In this document: positions 9,697-17,825 of the stretch, one piece after another
Layout of the letters: each line of letters starts with the position of its first letter
How positions within the stretch are numbered: the first letter of the stretch is position 1
Assembly (NCBI GenBank): GCA_910586545.1
Contig: CAJUIQ010000002.1
Span: 39,090 to 103,089, forward strand
Direction of reading: 5' to 3'
Source: an uncultured Eubacteriales bacterium
GTDB taxonomy: Bacteria > Bacillota > Clostridia > Oscillospirales > CAG-272
Length of the DNA stretch: 64,000 bases
Program-made: the position numbers and the translations under genes
The notes under the pieces: model-generated
Database searches by the model: none
Told to the model about the DNA's origin: nothing
What the model saw: only the letters and a program-made list of their open reading frames with translations

Positions 9697-12048
9697 TTAT
9701 ACCGTTTCCTTCTTCTTACGGATCAGGACAACTACTGTACATGCTGCAGCCGCAACTGCTGCTGCAATAAAGATATACATCATATTGTCACCAGTCTGCG
9801 GAGTTTTATTGTTACCGCCTGCAGAAGCAGTGGTATCCTCTCCTTCAGGAACAGTCGTTACGGGAGGTTCTGGCTCTGTTGTTCCGTTTTTATCAGCCTC
9901 ATAAGCTTTGTACAAGGCAAGATATGCTTCATATGCCGGTGTAGATACAAGCTTAAAATGTGCCAATTCAACGGGAGACAATCCACCAATTGTAGCAATA
10001 ATCTCTTCAAAAGCTGCTTTGTCTGCGTCTGTCATATCCTCATATGCCGGCAGTGCAAGAATTTTTTCTTCCAAGCTAGCCAGAAGTTCGTAGTCTACAT
10101 CTTCCGTGCTGAGAATTTCAGCATACTTCACAACGAGACCATAGAAAGTATCCGGATAATTCAATGCAATATAATCAGAGTTAATGGAATCCTCTTCTTC
10201 CATGCGTACCAAGGAATACAGTAACTCGATTACCTGTGCTTTTTCTTCTGCTGTTACTGCATCAGCAGCCAACAGTTTTTCTGCAGCGTCAATAAATGCA
10301 TGTACTTGATCCATATCTACTGCATCCGTGCCGCCATAAGCCAGCTTAAAGAAAGCGTTTACAAAGTTGTCATATGCTTCGGGAACTTCCTGTTTGAGCT
10401 GCGGCGCAAGGAAGCTGCCCAATACAGTCTCATACAGATCTGTTACTTCATCCAGAGAATCTTCTGTGATCTCTTCGTAGTTAGGAAGCGCTTCCAGACG
10501 TTCAATCAAAGCTTTTACCATCATATCCTGCTGATACAGCACATAGTTTGCCGCCAATTTTGTGAGCGCGTCACCATAATTGTCCAGCAGATACTGCTGA
10601 TCTGCAGTGTCTTCAATTGTTCCCATCAGTGCTACCAGTTCCAGCATTTCTGCAACCTGGTCTTCTGTCATGTCATAATAGCTATCAGGAAGTGCAGCAA
10701 TTCTTGCACCCACTGCATCCAGTTCCTGTACGCGTGTATATCTTGCATAAGATGCCTGGAGTCTGGTGTAAGCATCGCTGTAATTTTCTTTAATATAGGT
10801 TGCATCTGCTTCAGGCATAGCCTCAAGCTGTTCAACCAGTGCGAGCATCTCTTCAACTTGTGCGGCACTCATTTCTGCATATGCAGGCAGTGCTTCTACT
10901 TTTGCGCCTACAACTTTCAGTTCTTCAATATGAGCATAAGCAGCCAGAGAAGCTTCAAATCTTGCATAGTCGTCTGCAAAGGTATTTTTCACATAGGTCA
11001 AATCGTCAGCAGCCAGCGCCTTCAATTCTTCCTGCAAAGCCAGCATTTCTGTGATCTGTGCCTCGGTCATCTGATCAAAGGCCGGCAGAGCAGCCAATTT
11101 TGCGCCGTATGCTTTCAGGCCTTCCTCGTGCATAAATGCATCATAGGAAGCTTCCAGGCGTGCAATTGCATCTGCATATGTAGTTTCCACATATGTTTTT
11201 GCTTCGCCTTCCAATGCAGCAAGCTCTGTACGCAGCGTAAGCATTTCTGCGACCTGTGCCTCGCTCATCTCTGCATATGCGGGCAGTGCTTCTACTTTTG
11301 CACCCAGTTCATCCAGTTTTACTTTTTCCTGTGCCCACAAATGTGCAGCATACAGTCCATCAATTTTCTCGATTGCATCTGCATGACTTTCTGCAAAGTA
11401 AGCCGCTGCTCTGCCTTCCAATCCATGAACATCTTCATAAAGGGACAGCATAGCAGTGATCTCGTCTTCTGTCAAGTCGTCATATTCACCCAGCGCCAAC
11501 ACATCCGTAGCCAGTTGATCCAATTCAGTTGTATCAATGGGAACATACTGCGGGCACTCGTTAATGATTTCCATAGTATGCGGAACTTTGGTTCCATCGT
11601 CTGTTACACCAAAAACTTCTTTGGGGTTAATAGTCAGATTTACATTAAAGTCTGCATCCTCGTTAAGGATATCAAACGTGTAAACAGCAACAACACCACT
11701 ATTTGTATTGTTGACATTATAAGCAACAGACTGCGCATAATATGTTACAGGATTGCTGTTGATATTACCAGCAAGGTATTCCTGTGCGGACCACACATCC
11801 TTATTTTCGATAGATGTGAGTTTCAATGCGTTTGCATTGTAGCCAACAAAGGCTCTGTAACACCACAGGCCAGGGTTATTGCCCAGTGTTACCGTCATAG
11901 TTAACGTAGTTTTGTCGTCGCTGATTTCTCCTGTAATATGGGTATATAGATCTGATTCAGGAAGATCAGCGGCTGTTCCCGGAACAACGGCCACAATTCC
12001 AGCAACAAGCATTGCTGCAACAACCAGCAATGAAATAAGCTTTTTCAT
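9697..12048 (-). CDS. cell-wall-anchored surface protein: cohesin-like N-terminal domain, eight helical repeats of about 63-72 aa, and an LPXTG-like sorting signal
   Basis: Start chosen at MKKLISLL (GGAGGT RBS). A promoter lies inside the longer ORF-track extension. Domain order: signal peptide; beta-rich module of about 140 aa (TMTVTLGNNPGLWCYRAFVGYNANALKL..); repeats with the ALPAYAEM(S/T)EAQVxEML core; C-terminal KTPQTGD plus a hydrophobic helix plus RKKKE. Confidence 0.75.
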   Translation of the reverse strand: MKKLISLLVVAAMLVAGIVAVVPGTAADLPESDLYTHITGEISDDKTTLTMTVTLGNNPGLWCYRAFVGYNANALKLTSIENKDVWSAQEYLAGNINSNPVTYYAQSVAYNVNNTNSGVVAVYTFDILNEDADFNVNLTINPKEVFGVTDDGTKVPHTMEIINECPQYVPIDTTELDQLATDVLALGEYDDLTEDEITAMLSLYEDVHGLEGRAAAYFAESHADAIEKIDGLYAAHLWAQEKVKLDELGAKVEALPAYAEMSEAQVAEMLTLRTELAALEGEAKTYVETTYADAIARLEASYDAFMHEEGLKAYGAKLAALPAFDQMTEAQITEMLALQEELKALAADDLTYVKNTFADDYARFEASLAAYAHIEELKVVGAKVEALPAYAEMSAAQVEEMLALVEQLEAMPEADATYIKENYSDAYTRLQASYARYTRVQELDAVGARIAALPDSYYDMTEDQVAEMLELVALMGTIEDTADQQYLLDNYGDALTKLAANYVLYQQDMMVKALIERLEALPNYEEITEDSLDEVTDLYETVLGSFLAPQLKQEVPEAYDNFVNAFFKLAYGGTDAVDMDQVHAFIDAAEKLLAADAVTAEEKAQVIELLYSLVRMEEEDSINSDYIALNYPDTFYGLVVKYAEILSTEDVDYELLASLEEKILALPAYEDMTDADKAAFEEIIATIGGLSPVELAHFKLVSTPAYEAYLALYKAYEADKNGTTEPEPPVTTVPEGEDTTASAGGNNKTPQTGDNMMYIFIAAAVAAAACTVVVLIRKKKETV
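9950..11530 (-). repeat. in-frame tandem coding repeats (about 190-215 nt units, 8 copies)
   Basis: Repeated peptide core L(P)AYxEMxEAQ. Near-identical DNA stretches of about 45 nt at 10862-10908 and 11260-11305 are about 396 nt apart. Confidence 0.8.
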
Positions 12049-12082
12049 CTGGATTTTACCTCCAAGTTTATGATACATTTTT

Positions 12083-12111
12083 ATTATAGTTCTTTGCAGT
12101 CTGAATGTCAA
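12083..12111 (-). promoter_or_regulatory. sigma-A type promoter for the cohesin-like gene
   Basis: On the minus strand: TTGACA (12106-12111), 17 nt spacer, TATAAT (12083-12088). Confidence 0.6.
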
Positions 12112-12213
12112 GTCATTTTTATTTTATTTCATTGAAAAATACAAGCATATTTTATAATTTTTTCACTTTTAATCCATTATTTTTTATTGCTTCCTACAAT
12201 AGCTATTGTGAGC

Positions 12214-12245
12214 AAAAAAAGCCTCCACATTTGTGGAGGCTTTTT
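12214..12245 (-). terminator. intrinsic terminator after the LamG/dockerin gene
   Basis: GCCTCCACA-TT-TGTGGAGGC hairpin with a T-run on the minus strand. Confidence 0.75.
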
Positions 12246-12265
12246 CTTACTGTGCCTTATATAAC

Positions 12266-15112
12266 TTAGGCATTTTCACCTGCAAGATGTTTTCTGATAC
12301 GGAGCTGGTCTTTTGCATCAATAGAACCATCAAAGTTCACATCTGCTCTGGACTTAGCTGTAAATCCCTCTTCATCAATAATCTTTGCAAGATATTGTCT
12401 CATAAGCAGAGCATCCGATACAGTGATATCGTTGTCACCATCTACGTCGCCATTCCAATCCTTGTTCCAGGAGAAGTCACGGCTACCGATATGGAAATCA
12501 TCCATATCAAACGCTATACCATAGTTCCAGAAGTAGAAAGCATCAATCGCATCGGAGCCATATTTGCACTGCGCCCAAGCGTCACGAGGTGCCATTTCTA
12601 CAACTTTCACACCATTTACATACAAAGCAAGCTCAGAACTCATCATATCAGCTGCATTTTCAGGGGTGTAGAATTTCACTTCAAAGTTGTATTTCTCACC
12701 AGGAACCAGCTTAATCGTAGAACTGTCGGTACGTTTGAAAGCGCCATTATACCCTCTGATAAAGAATACTTCATTATCAGCATCGTAGCCAACCTGTGCC
12801 TGGCCTAGCGCCTGTTTACCAATATTAAGAGCAAACACATGACCATAGGACTCAGTTGCAGGAGTATCATAAGTATCGTTGAAAATGAAATCAAATCCAA
12901 TGGTAAAGCCGTTATTATTCAGATCAGAACCGTTGCGGTTTGTACCCAACTTAATACGGTTGTAGTTGTCTTCGCTATCCGTATATCTGGCAACACCATC
13001 TTCAAAGATAAAGGAAACTTCTTCTTTACTTGATGTAATCTGCATGAAGTCATCTGTAAAGTCATGGAAGAACGTCAGCTCACCTGTATAGGTATCTGCT
13101 TCAGGAAGGAAAGCAAATCTCTTCTCCGTGCAGCCACTGCTTGTTTTACATGTGGTGTAAATGATCTTGTTTCCTTCATCATTTTCTTCAACACGGGTGA
13201 AGTCATAGTCATAGTAGCTATGCTGCAGCTTTGCTACTTCTTTTTGGGGATCAGCGGCACCGCAAATATAACATGTATAGGTGTTTGTACCCTCGTCATA
13301 GCACTTAGGCTCTGTTGTTCTTGCCCATCTGTACACATGTCCGTTTGCATTACAGAAATCTTCGCCGGTTGCTTTTACATCGTCAACCGTTGTAAAGGAA
13401 CTTTCTCCGTCGCCAATTTCAAATCCATCGGTCTGCAGCGTAAATTCTGCATCATAGATTTTATAGTTGTCAATAACAGCAGTACCGTTATTCATATATA
13501 AAATGTTAACTCCATCAAAGAACTGCATACCTGTATTCGCGGTGTACACTTCTTGCTGGTCAATATACAGAGTCACACTACCGTATGCAACAAGAAGTGC
13601 TACATTATGGAAATCACCAGCTGCCCAAGGAGTCATATTTTTTACAGCATCTGGAGCGCCTGTAGCATCTTCGCCATAGTACCACAGGTCTTTGCCCTTA
13701 CCTACAAATTTGTCACCGAATTTCACACGGCTGTTATCACCGTCTGCCATTTTATTGATAACAAATTCAACCCATGTACCGTTGTTGTACTTGTCGCTGA
13801 AGTTCGTAATATTTTCCTGGTCAGGATACAATGCTACGTCAAAAACTACAGCATAGCTGGCAGCAGTGTAAGCGTTATCCTGGGTAAGATATGCAGCGTT
13901 CGGCGTCTTCGGATTGGGGTTCTTATCACTATTGAATCCACTTCTCAGAATAAAGCCTTCGCCTTCTACAGTGTCAGTGGAAATGTGATCAAAAAGGTTG
14001 ATCTCCGGAACTTTATATTCGTTCTGTACCAGGCCGTCGCCAGTAAAGGAATCTGCCCAGTCATTACCCTCAAAATCAATTGCAGCAGCATTACCTACTT
14101 TGAGGTTATCCATAGCCAGACCTTCAGCGGTGAAGGTAAGGCCAGTATCAGTAAGAGAAGCGCCGGACAGTACAGGAAAATCACTGTCGCCGGTTACTTC
14201 CACACCGTTTACAAAAATCTGAGTTTTTGTCGTGCCAACAGCATACTCTACATAATACCATTCATCAGCCTTAAAAGTATAAGATGCAGTGGTCGTTCCT
14301 ACACCGATTGCATCACTGGTGATGGAAATGCCATCGCCGTCAGATGTCAGTGCATGATTTGCTGCCCTTACAATTTCTTCGCCTGTGAAGCTGATATCAA
14401 AGCCAATTGTATAAGTGCCGTCTTCATTTTTCCAGTTGTCACCCACATTTACAGTGGTAGCGGCCGGTGTTTCAGCAGCTACGGCGTGATTCAAGCCCAG
14501 CTCACGTCTGTATTCAATACCAGTAATCTTATCGCCGCTAGCCTGCCCTGAACCCTTCTCTGTTCCATCAAAATCACGTGAGAACTGTGTATCGTTACCA
14601 TCGCTCATTGTAATGTTGTCCATAGCGATATTCGAACCGCCGCTAAATAAGTTTTTTTCGTGAGGAAGCTGACCGTCTACCGAACCAATCTTCACATCGT
14701 TGACGAAAATGTCCGTCTTGCCTGCTTCAGCGTCGCCGGTTCTTATTTTAATGGAATACTTTGTGTTGATATCAAACGCATAAGGAATCGTTTTGTTTTC
14801 CTGATTTAGCTTGATACCGATTTCTGAAGAGGTAACATACCATCTGTTGTCACTACCATAAGTAGCGTCAGAACCGAGGTATCCATCTTCTGACAGGAAC
14901 CACAAATCAAAGTGGAAATTGCGGTTCGTGGCAGAGAGATCACCGATCTCCAAATATGATACTTTTGCAGCAGTCGATCCAAAGGGAACCGTATACACAT
15001 TTTCGTACTTAGGTCCATCTGTGTACGAAACTTGGTAGGCAGCCGACAGGCCTACAGCCAGCGTACCTACAAGCATTGTCAAAGTAAGCACAAGTGCTAA
15101 TACTTTCTTCAT
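12266..15112 (-). CDS. secreted multi-LamG (concanavalin-like lectin) protein with a C-terminal dockerin
   Basis: Start at MKKVLALV (GGAGG RBS) with a signal peptide. At least four ..(F/Y)VNGV.V.. LamG-like modules. A Cys-rich insert (CNANGHVYRW..CYDEG..CYICG). C-terminal dockerin loops DVDGDNDIT and DVNFDGSID. Confidence 0.7.
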   Translation of the reverse strand: MKKVLALVLTLTMLVGTLAVGLSAAYQVSYTDGPKYENVYTVPFGSTAAKVSYLEIGDLSATNRNFHFDLWFLSEDGYLGSDATYGSDNRWYVTSSEIGIKLNQENKTIPYAFDINTKYSIKIRTGDAEAGKTDIFVNDVKIGSVDGQLPHEKNLFSGGSNIAMDNITMSDGNDTQFSRDFDGTEKGSGQASGDKITGIEYRRELGLNHAVAAETPAATTVNVGDNWKNEDGTYTIGFDISFTGEEIVRAANHALTSDGDGISITSDAIGVGTTTASYTFKADEWYYVEYAVGTTKTQIFVNGVEVTGDSDFPVLSGASLTDTGLTFTAEGLAMDNLKVGNAAAIDFEGNDWADSFTGDGLVQNEYKVPEINLFDHISTDTVEGEGFILRSGFNSDKNPNPKTPNAAYLTQDNAYTAASYAVVFDVALYPDQENITNFSDKYNNGTWVEFVINKMADGDNSRVKFGDKFVGKGKDLWYYGEDATGAPDAVKNMTPWAAGDFHNVALLVAYGSVTLYIDQQEVYTANTGMQFFDGVNILYMNNGTAVIDNYKIYDAEFTLQTDGFEIGDGESSFTTVDDVKATGEDFCNANGHVYRWARTTEPKCYDEGTNTYTCYICGAADPQKEVAKLQHSYYDYDFTRVEENDEGNKIIYTTCKTSSGCTEKRFAFLPEADTYTGELTFFHDFTDDFMQITSSKEEVSFIFEDGVARYTDSEDNYNRIKLGTNRNGSDLNNNGFTIGFDFIFNDTYDTPATESYGHVFALNIGKQALGQAQVGYDADNEVFFIRGYNGAFKRTDSSTIKLVPGEKYNFEVKFYTPENAADMMSSELALYVNGVKVVEMAPRDAWAQCKYGSDAIDAFYFWNYGIAFDMDDFHIGSRDFSWNKDWNGDVDGDNDITVSDALLMRQYLAKIIDEEGFTAKSRADVNFDGSIDAKDQLRIRKHLAGENA

Positions 15113-15422
15113 AGGAAAAACCTCCATATAATTTTGGTAAAATTATTGTAGCATTCCTATAACAAAATGTCAATACTTTTGCGGTACTTTTTTGTGCATT
15201 TTACAGGGCATACGGACTGGATTTGGCAGAAAAAGCATGTATTTTTTACAAACCACCTTATGGATTGAGGCAATACATACCACAGGATCAATATGTTACG
15301 GCGAAATTTGTAAAAACAGGCGCATTCTATTTTTTAACGATTTCGTTTCAAAATATTTACTTTTTTACCAATTAAAAAGTTTGCATAAATCCACCGTTGT
15401 CATCTATAACGAGGTAAAAACA

Positions 15423-15452
15423 AAAAAACCGTTTGCAATTGCAAACGGTTTT
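15423..15452 (-). terminator. intrinsic terminator after tRNA-Thr
   Basis: AAACCGTTTGC-AATT-GCAAACGGTTT with flanking A and T runs. Confidence 0.7.
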
Positions 15453-15528
15453 TGGAGCTGATAGGCGGATTCGAACCGCCGACCTCGTCATTACCAATGA
15501 CGTGCTCTGCCAGCTGAGCTATATCAGC
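15453..15528 (-). tRNA. tRNA-Thr (anticodon GGU)
   Basis: The 76 nt reverse complement, GCUGAUAUAGCUCAGCUGG..CGUCAUUGGUAAUGACG..GGUUCGAAUCC..UCAGCUCCA, folds as a cloverleaf. The anticodon loop UUGGUAA gives GGU. CCA is encoded. Confidence 0.9.
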
Positions 15529-15602
15529 AAATAGGCGAAAAGGACTTATATGATTTCCGCTTGCCTATTATAGCAAAGAAATACGTGCTTGTCAATACTG
15601 TT

Positions 15603-16805
15603 TCACTGAAAATATCCATGATATTGTATGGTTTTCTCCCGTGGGAAGAGATACTGGTGCAATTCCACAAAATAATCATCCGTCATAGATGCGATATAAT
15701 CTGTGACAATGGTATGAGGATCCGTCTCTTCATAAGGAAGCGGACGCACATAGTGACGATTGGATCCGGAGGTTATAAATGCAATATGGTCCCGGAACAC
15801 GGGAGACTCCCGGCGGCCGGTTTTTACATCGTCTACCAATTTTCGGTACAGGCGCTCAAACATAGGCCGAATGACATCCCGCTGCGGACCAACCACAGCA
15901 GGACTTTGATAAATTTGCTGATAGTTGCTGCGTTTAACGGCAGAAAGTGCATCGAAATACCGCTGGTCCATTTTGATATAGGGTTTTCCGTAGCTATTTT
16001 CAATAATATTGACGCTCAAATTATTGATAATTTCTGCATTGATCCGTCCGATAGCACCATATTCGAAAGCATCTTCCTTTGCGATAAGTCCTGCCTTTTG
16101 GGCGTCCTGCCGGTCCTTTCCCAAATAAGAAATGATATCGCAAATGCGCACCAGACAGCCTTCCAAGGTAGAGGGCATCAAGCTGCGGTTGTTGGCCTGA
16201 TCTTTATAGCAGCCTTCCATCGCCGCATCCAAATCAGAAAAACTCTCCATAGGGCTGGGACGGTATTCATCACATTCAATCTCTCCATTATGGGACAGGA
16301 TGCCATTTAAGGTCTGAAGCGTTATATTATAAGGAAAGATACCGTCCAGAACCCGGACAGAGTGGACATTATGAGCAAAGTGACGGCCTGTTTCTGAAAA
16401 ATACAGCTCGTCCAGATAGGTTTCACCCGCATGTCCAAAGGGTGTATGGCCCATATCGTGGCCTAAGGCGATGGCCTCGATAAGATCCAGATTAAGACCC
16501 AGAACGCTGCCGATGGTACGGGCAATCCGAGACACCAATTGGACATGGAGGGCACGACGGGCGATATCGTCGTTTTTATAAAAGGAAAACACCTGGGTTT
16601 TGTCCGTAAAGCGATTATAATACGCGGAATGGAGAATTTTATCCGTATCCCGAACAAAAGGAGGACGCCACAGGGTCGGGCGATCCCGTTCGGGAATTCT
16701 GCGCTGGGCCATATCGTCAGAAAAGCCCATCTTTAAAGACGTGCCATGCTGTCGGTCATAGCAAATTCGGTCCTGTATTTCTTTGGACAAAGTATCGTAT
16801 TTCAC
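15603..16805 (-). CDS. dGTP triphosphohydrolase-like HD-domain protein
   Basis: 400 aa. HD motif region ALGHDMGHTPFGHAGE. Collinear with the Dgt-like family. Confidence 0.8.
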   Translation of the reverse strand: MKYDTLSKEIQDRICYDRQHGTSLKMGFSDDMAQRRIPERDRPTLWRPPFVRDTDKILHSAYYNRFTDKTQVFSFYKNDDIARRALHVQLVSRIARTIGSVLGLNLDLIEAIALGHDMGHTPFGHAGETYLDELYFSETGRHFAHNVHSVRVLDGIFPYNITLQTLNGILSHNGEIECDEYRPSPMESFSDLDAAMEGCYKDQANNRSLMPSTLEGCLVRICDIISYLGKDRQDAQKAGLIAKEDAFEYGAIGRINAEIINNLSVNIIENSYGKPYIKMDQRYFDALSAVKRSNYQQIYQSPAVVGPQRDVIRPMFERLYRKLVDDVKTGRRESPVFRDHIAFITSGSNRHYVRPLPYEETDPHTIVTDYIASMTDDYFVELHQYLFPREKTIQYHGYFQ

Positions 16806-16837
16806 GGGCGGTCTCCTTTAAAATTACGCTTTGGACA

Positions 16838-16889
16838 GTAAAGGGACAGAGGGAGAGATCCAACTGTAAGTCTCCCTACGTCCCTTTAC
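16838..16889. other. long imperfect inverted repeat (10 + 7 bp stems) between uppP and the dGTPase-like gene
   Basis: GTAAAGGGAC-AG-AGGGAGA..14 nt..TCTCCCT-AC-GTCCCTTTAC. No U-tract on either strand. Confidence 0.6.
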
Positions 16890-16905
16890 TAGGTAGATGC
16901 AAATA

Positions 16906-17763
16906 TTATGGATGTACAAACAAGAAATACAGGAGCACAGCGGCGCCTAAGGCAATACGGTACCAACCAAAGCTTTCGAAGCTGTGGCGGCGTACAAAGC
17001 TGACCAGGAAGCGAATAACGGCCAGGGACACAAGGAAAGCGGTAATCGTACCCACCAAAAGAACCAGCAGTTCTGTGGTACTGAACATCGCTGTTTCACC
17101 AGAGGCCACTTTGGCAACATATTTAAGTCCCCGCAGGCCGCTTGCGCCAAACATGACAGGCACAGCCAGGAAGAAAGAAAACTCTGCTGCCGCAGTTCGG
17201 GACACACCCAGAAGCATTGCGCCTACGATGGTAGCACCGCTGCGGGAGGTTCCGGGAATCAGGGCAAGGACCTGAAACATTCCAATAAACAGAGCTGTTT
17301 TCATATCGATATCTTCCGGTTTTTCGATACGGAAGGGCTTTTTACTGCGCGTACGCTCAATGATGATAAAGGCTATACCATATAAGATGAGGGTAATGGC
17401 TACCACTACAAAAGTGGACAGCTTCTGGTCGATAATATCATCAAACAGCAAGCCAATTACCGCCGCCGGAAGCACGGCAACGATAATCTTTCCCCACATT
17501 TTCAATGTATAGCTATTTTCAGCGAGGGTTTTCTTTTTGCTCCAGGGATTGAGCCGGGAGAAATAGATCACCACCACTGCCAGAATCGAGCCCAGTTGGA
17601 TAACCACATCGAACATGGACATAAAAGCGTCGGAGGTTTCCTTTAAAGGAAAAAATTCATTAAAAAGAATCAGGTGGCCGGTGCTGCTCACGGGGAGCCA
17701 TTCGGTAATCCCCTGGATAATGCCCAGAAGCAGCGATTTAATAAGTTCGACGATCATTAGCAT
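16906..17763 (-). CDS. uppP: undecaprenyl-diphosphate phosphatase
   Basis: 285 aa polytopic membrane protein with the BacA/UppP motif GITEWLPVSSTGHL and PGTSRSG. Confidence 0.92.
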   Translation of the reverse strand: MLMIVELIKSLLLGIIQGITEWLPVSSTGHLILFNEFFPLKETSDAFMSMFDVVIQLGSILAVVVIYFSRLNPWSKKKTLAENSYTLKMWGKIIVAVLPAAVIGLLFDDIIDQKLSTFVVVAITLILYGIAFIIIERTRSKKPFRIEKPEDIDMKTALFIGMFQVLALIPGTSRSGATIVGAMLLGVSRTAAAEFSFFLAVPVMFGASGLRGLKYVAKVASGETAMFSTTELLVLLVGTITAFLVSLAVIRFLVSFVRRHSFESFGWYRIALGAAVLLYFLFVHP

Positions 17764-17825
17764 AAGAGACGTGCCTTTCTTGGAAGTTTACGATATTGCA
17801 TTGGAAAAGCAAGACATAAATATGT

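Noticed and set aside
9950-11530. The periodic repeats as a CRISPR array or non-coding satellite
   Set aside because: The units are about 190-215 nt long, diverged, in frame and translated into a coherent helical repeat protein. They show no spacer-repeat architecture, and no cas genes are present.
10300-11904. 534 aa ORF on the plus strand opposite the cohesin-like repeat gene
   Set aside because: Its Cys/Phe/Ile-rich low-complexity translation mirrors the antisense of Glu/Ala/Leu-rich repeats. It has no RBS and no recognisable domain. It is a shadow ORF of the minus-strand gene.
13553-14551. 332 aa plus-strand ORF inside the LamG/dockerin gene, with smaller ones nearby
   Set aside because: It is antisense to a well-supported coding frame, has no RBS and has an implausible composition.
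15603-16805. The dGTPase-like HD protein as an anti-phage nucleotide-depletion defence gene
   Set aside because: It sits among housekeeping genes (uppP, tRNA-Thr) with no neighbouring defence or mobile genes. Dgt-like proteins are common core genes in Firmicutes.
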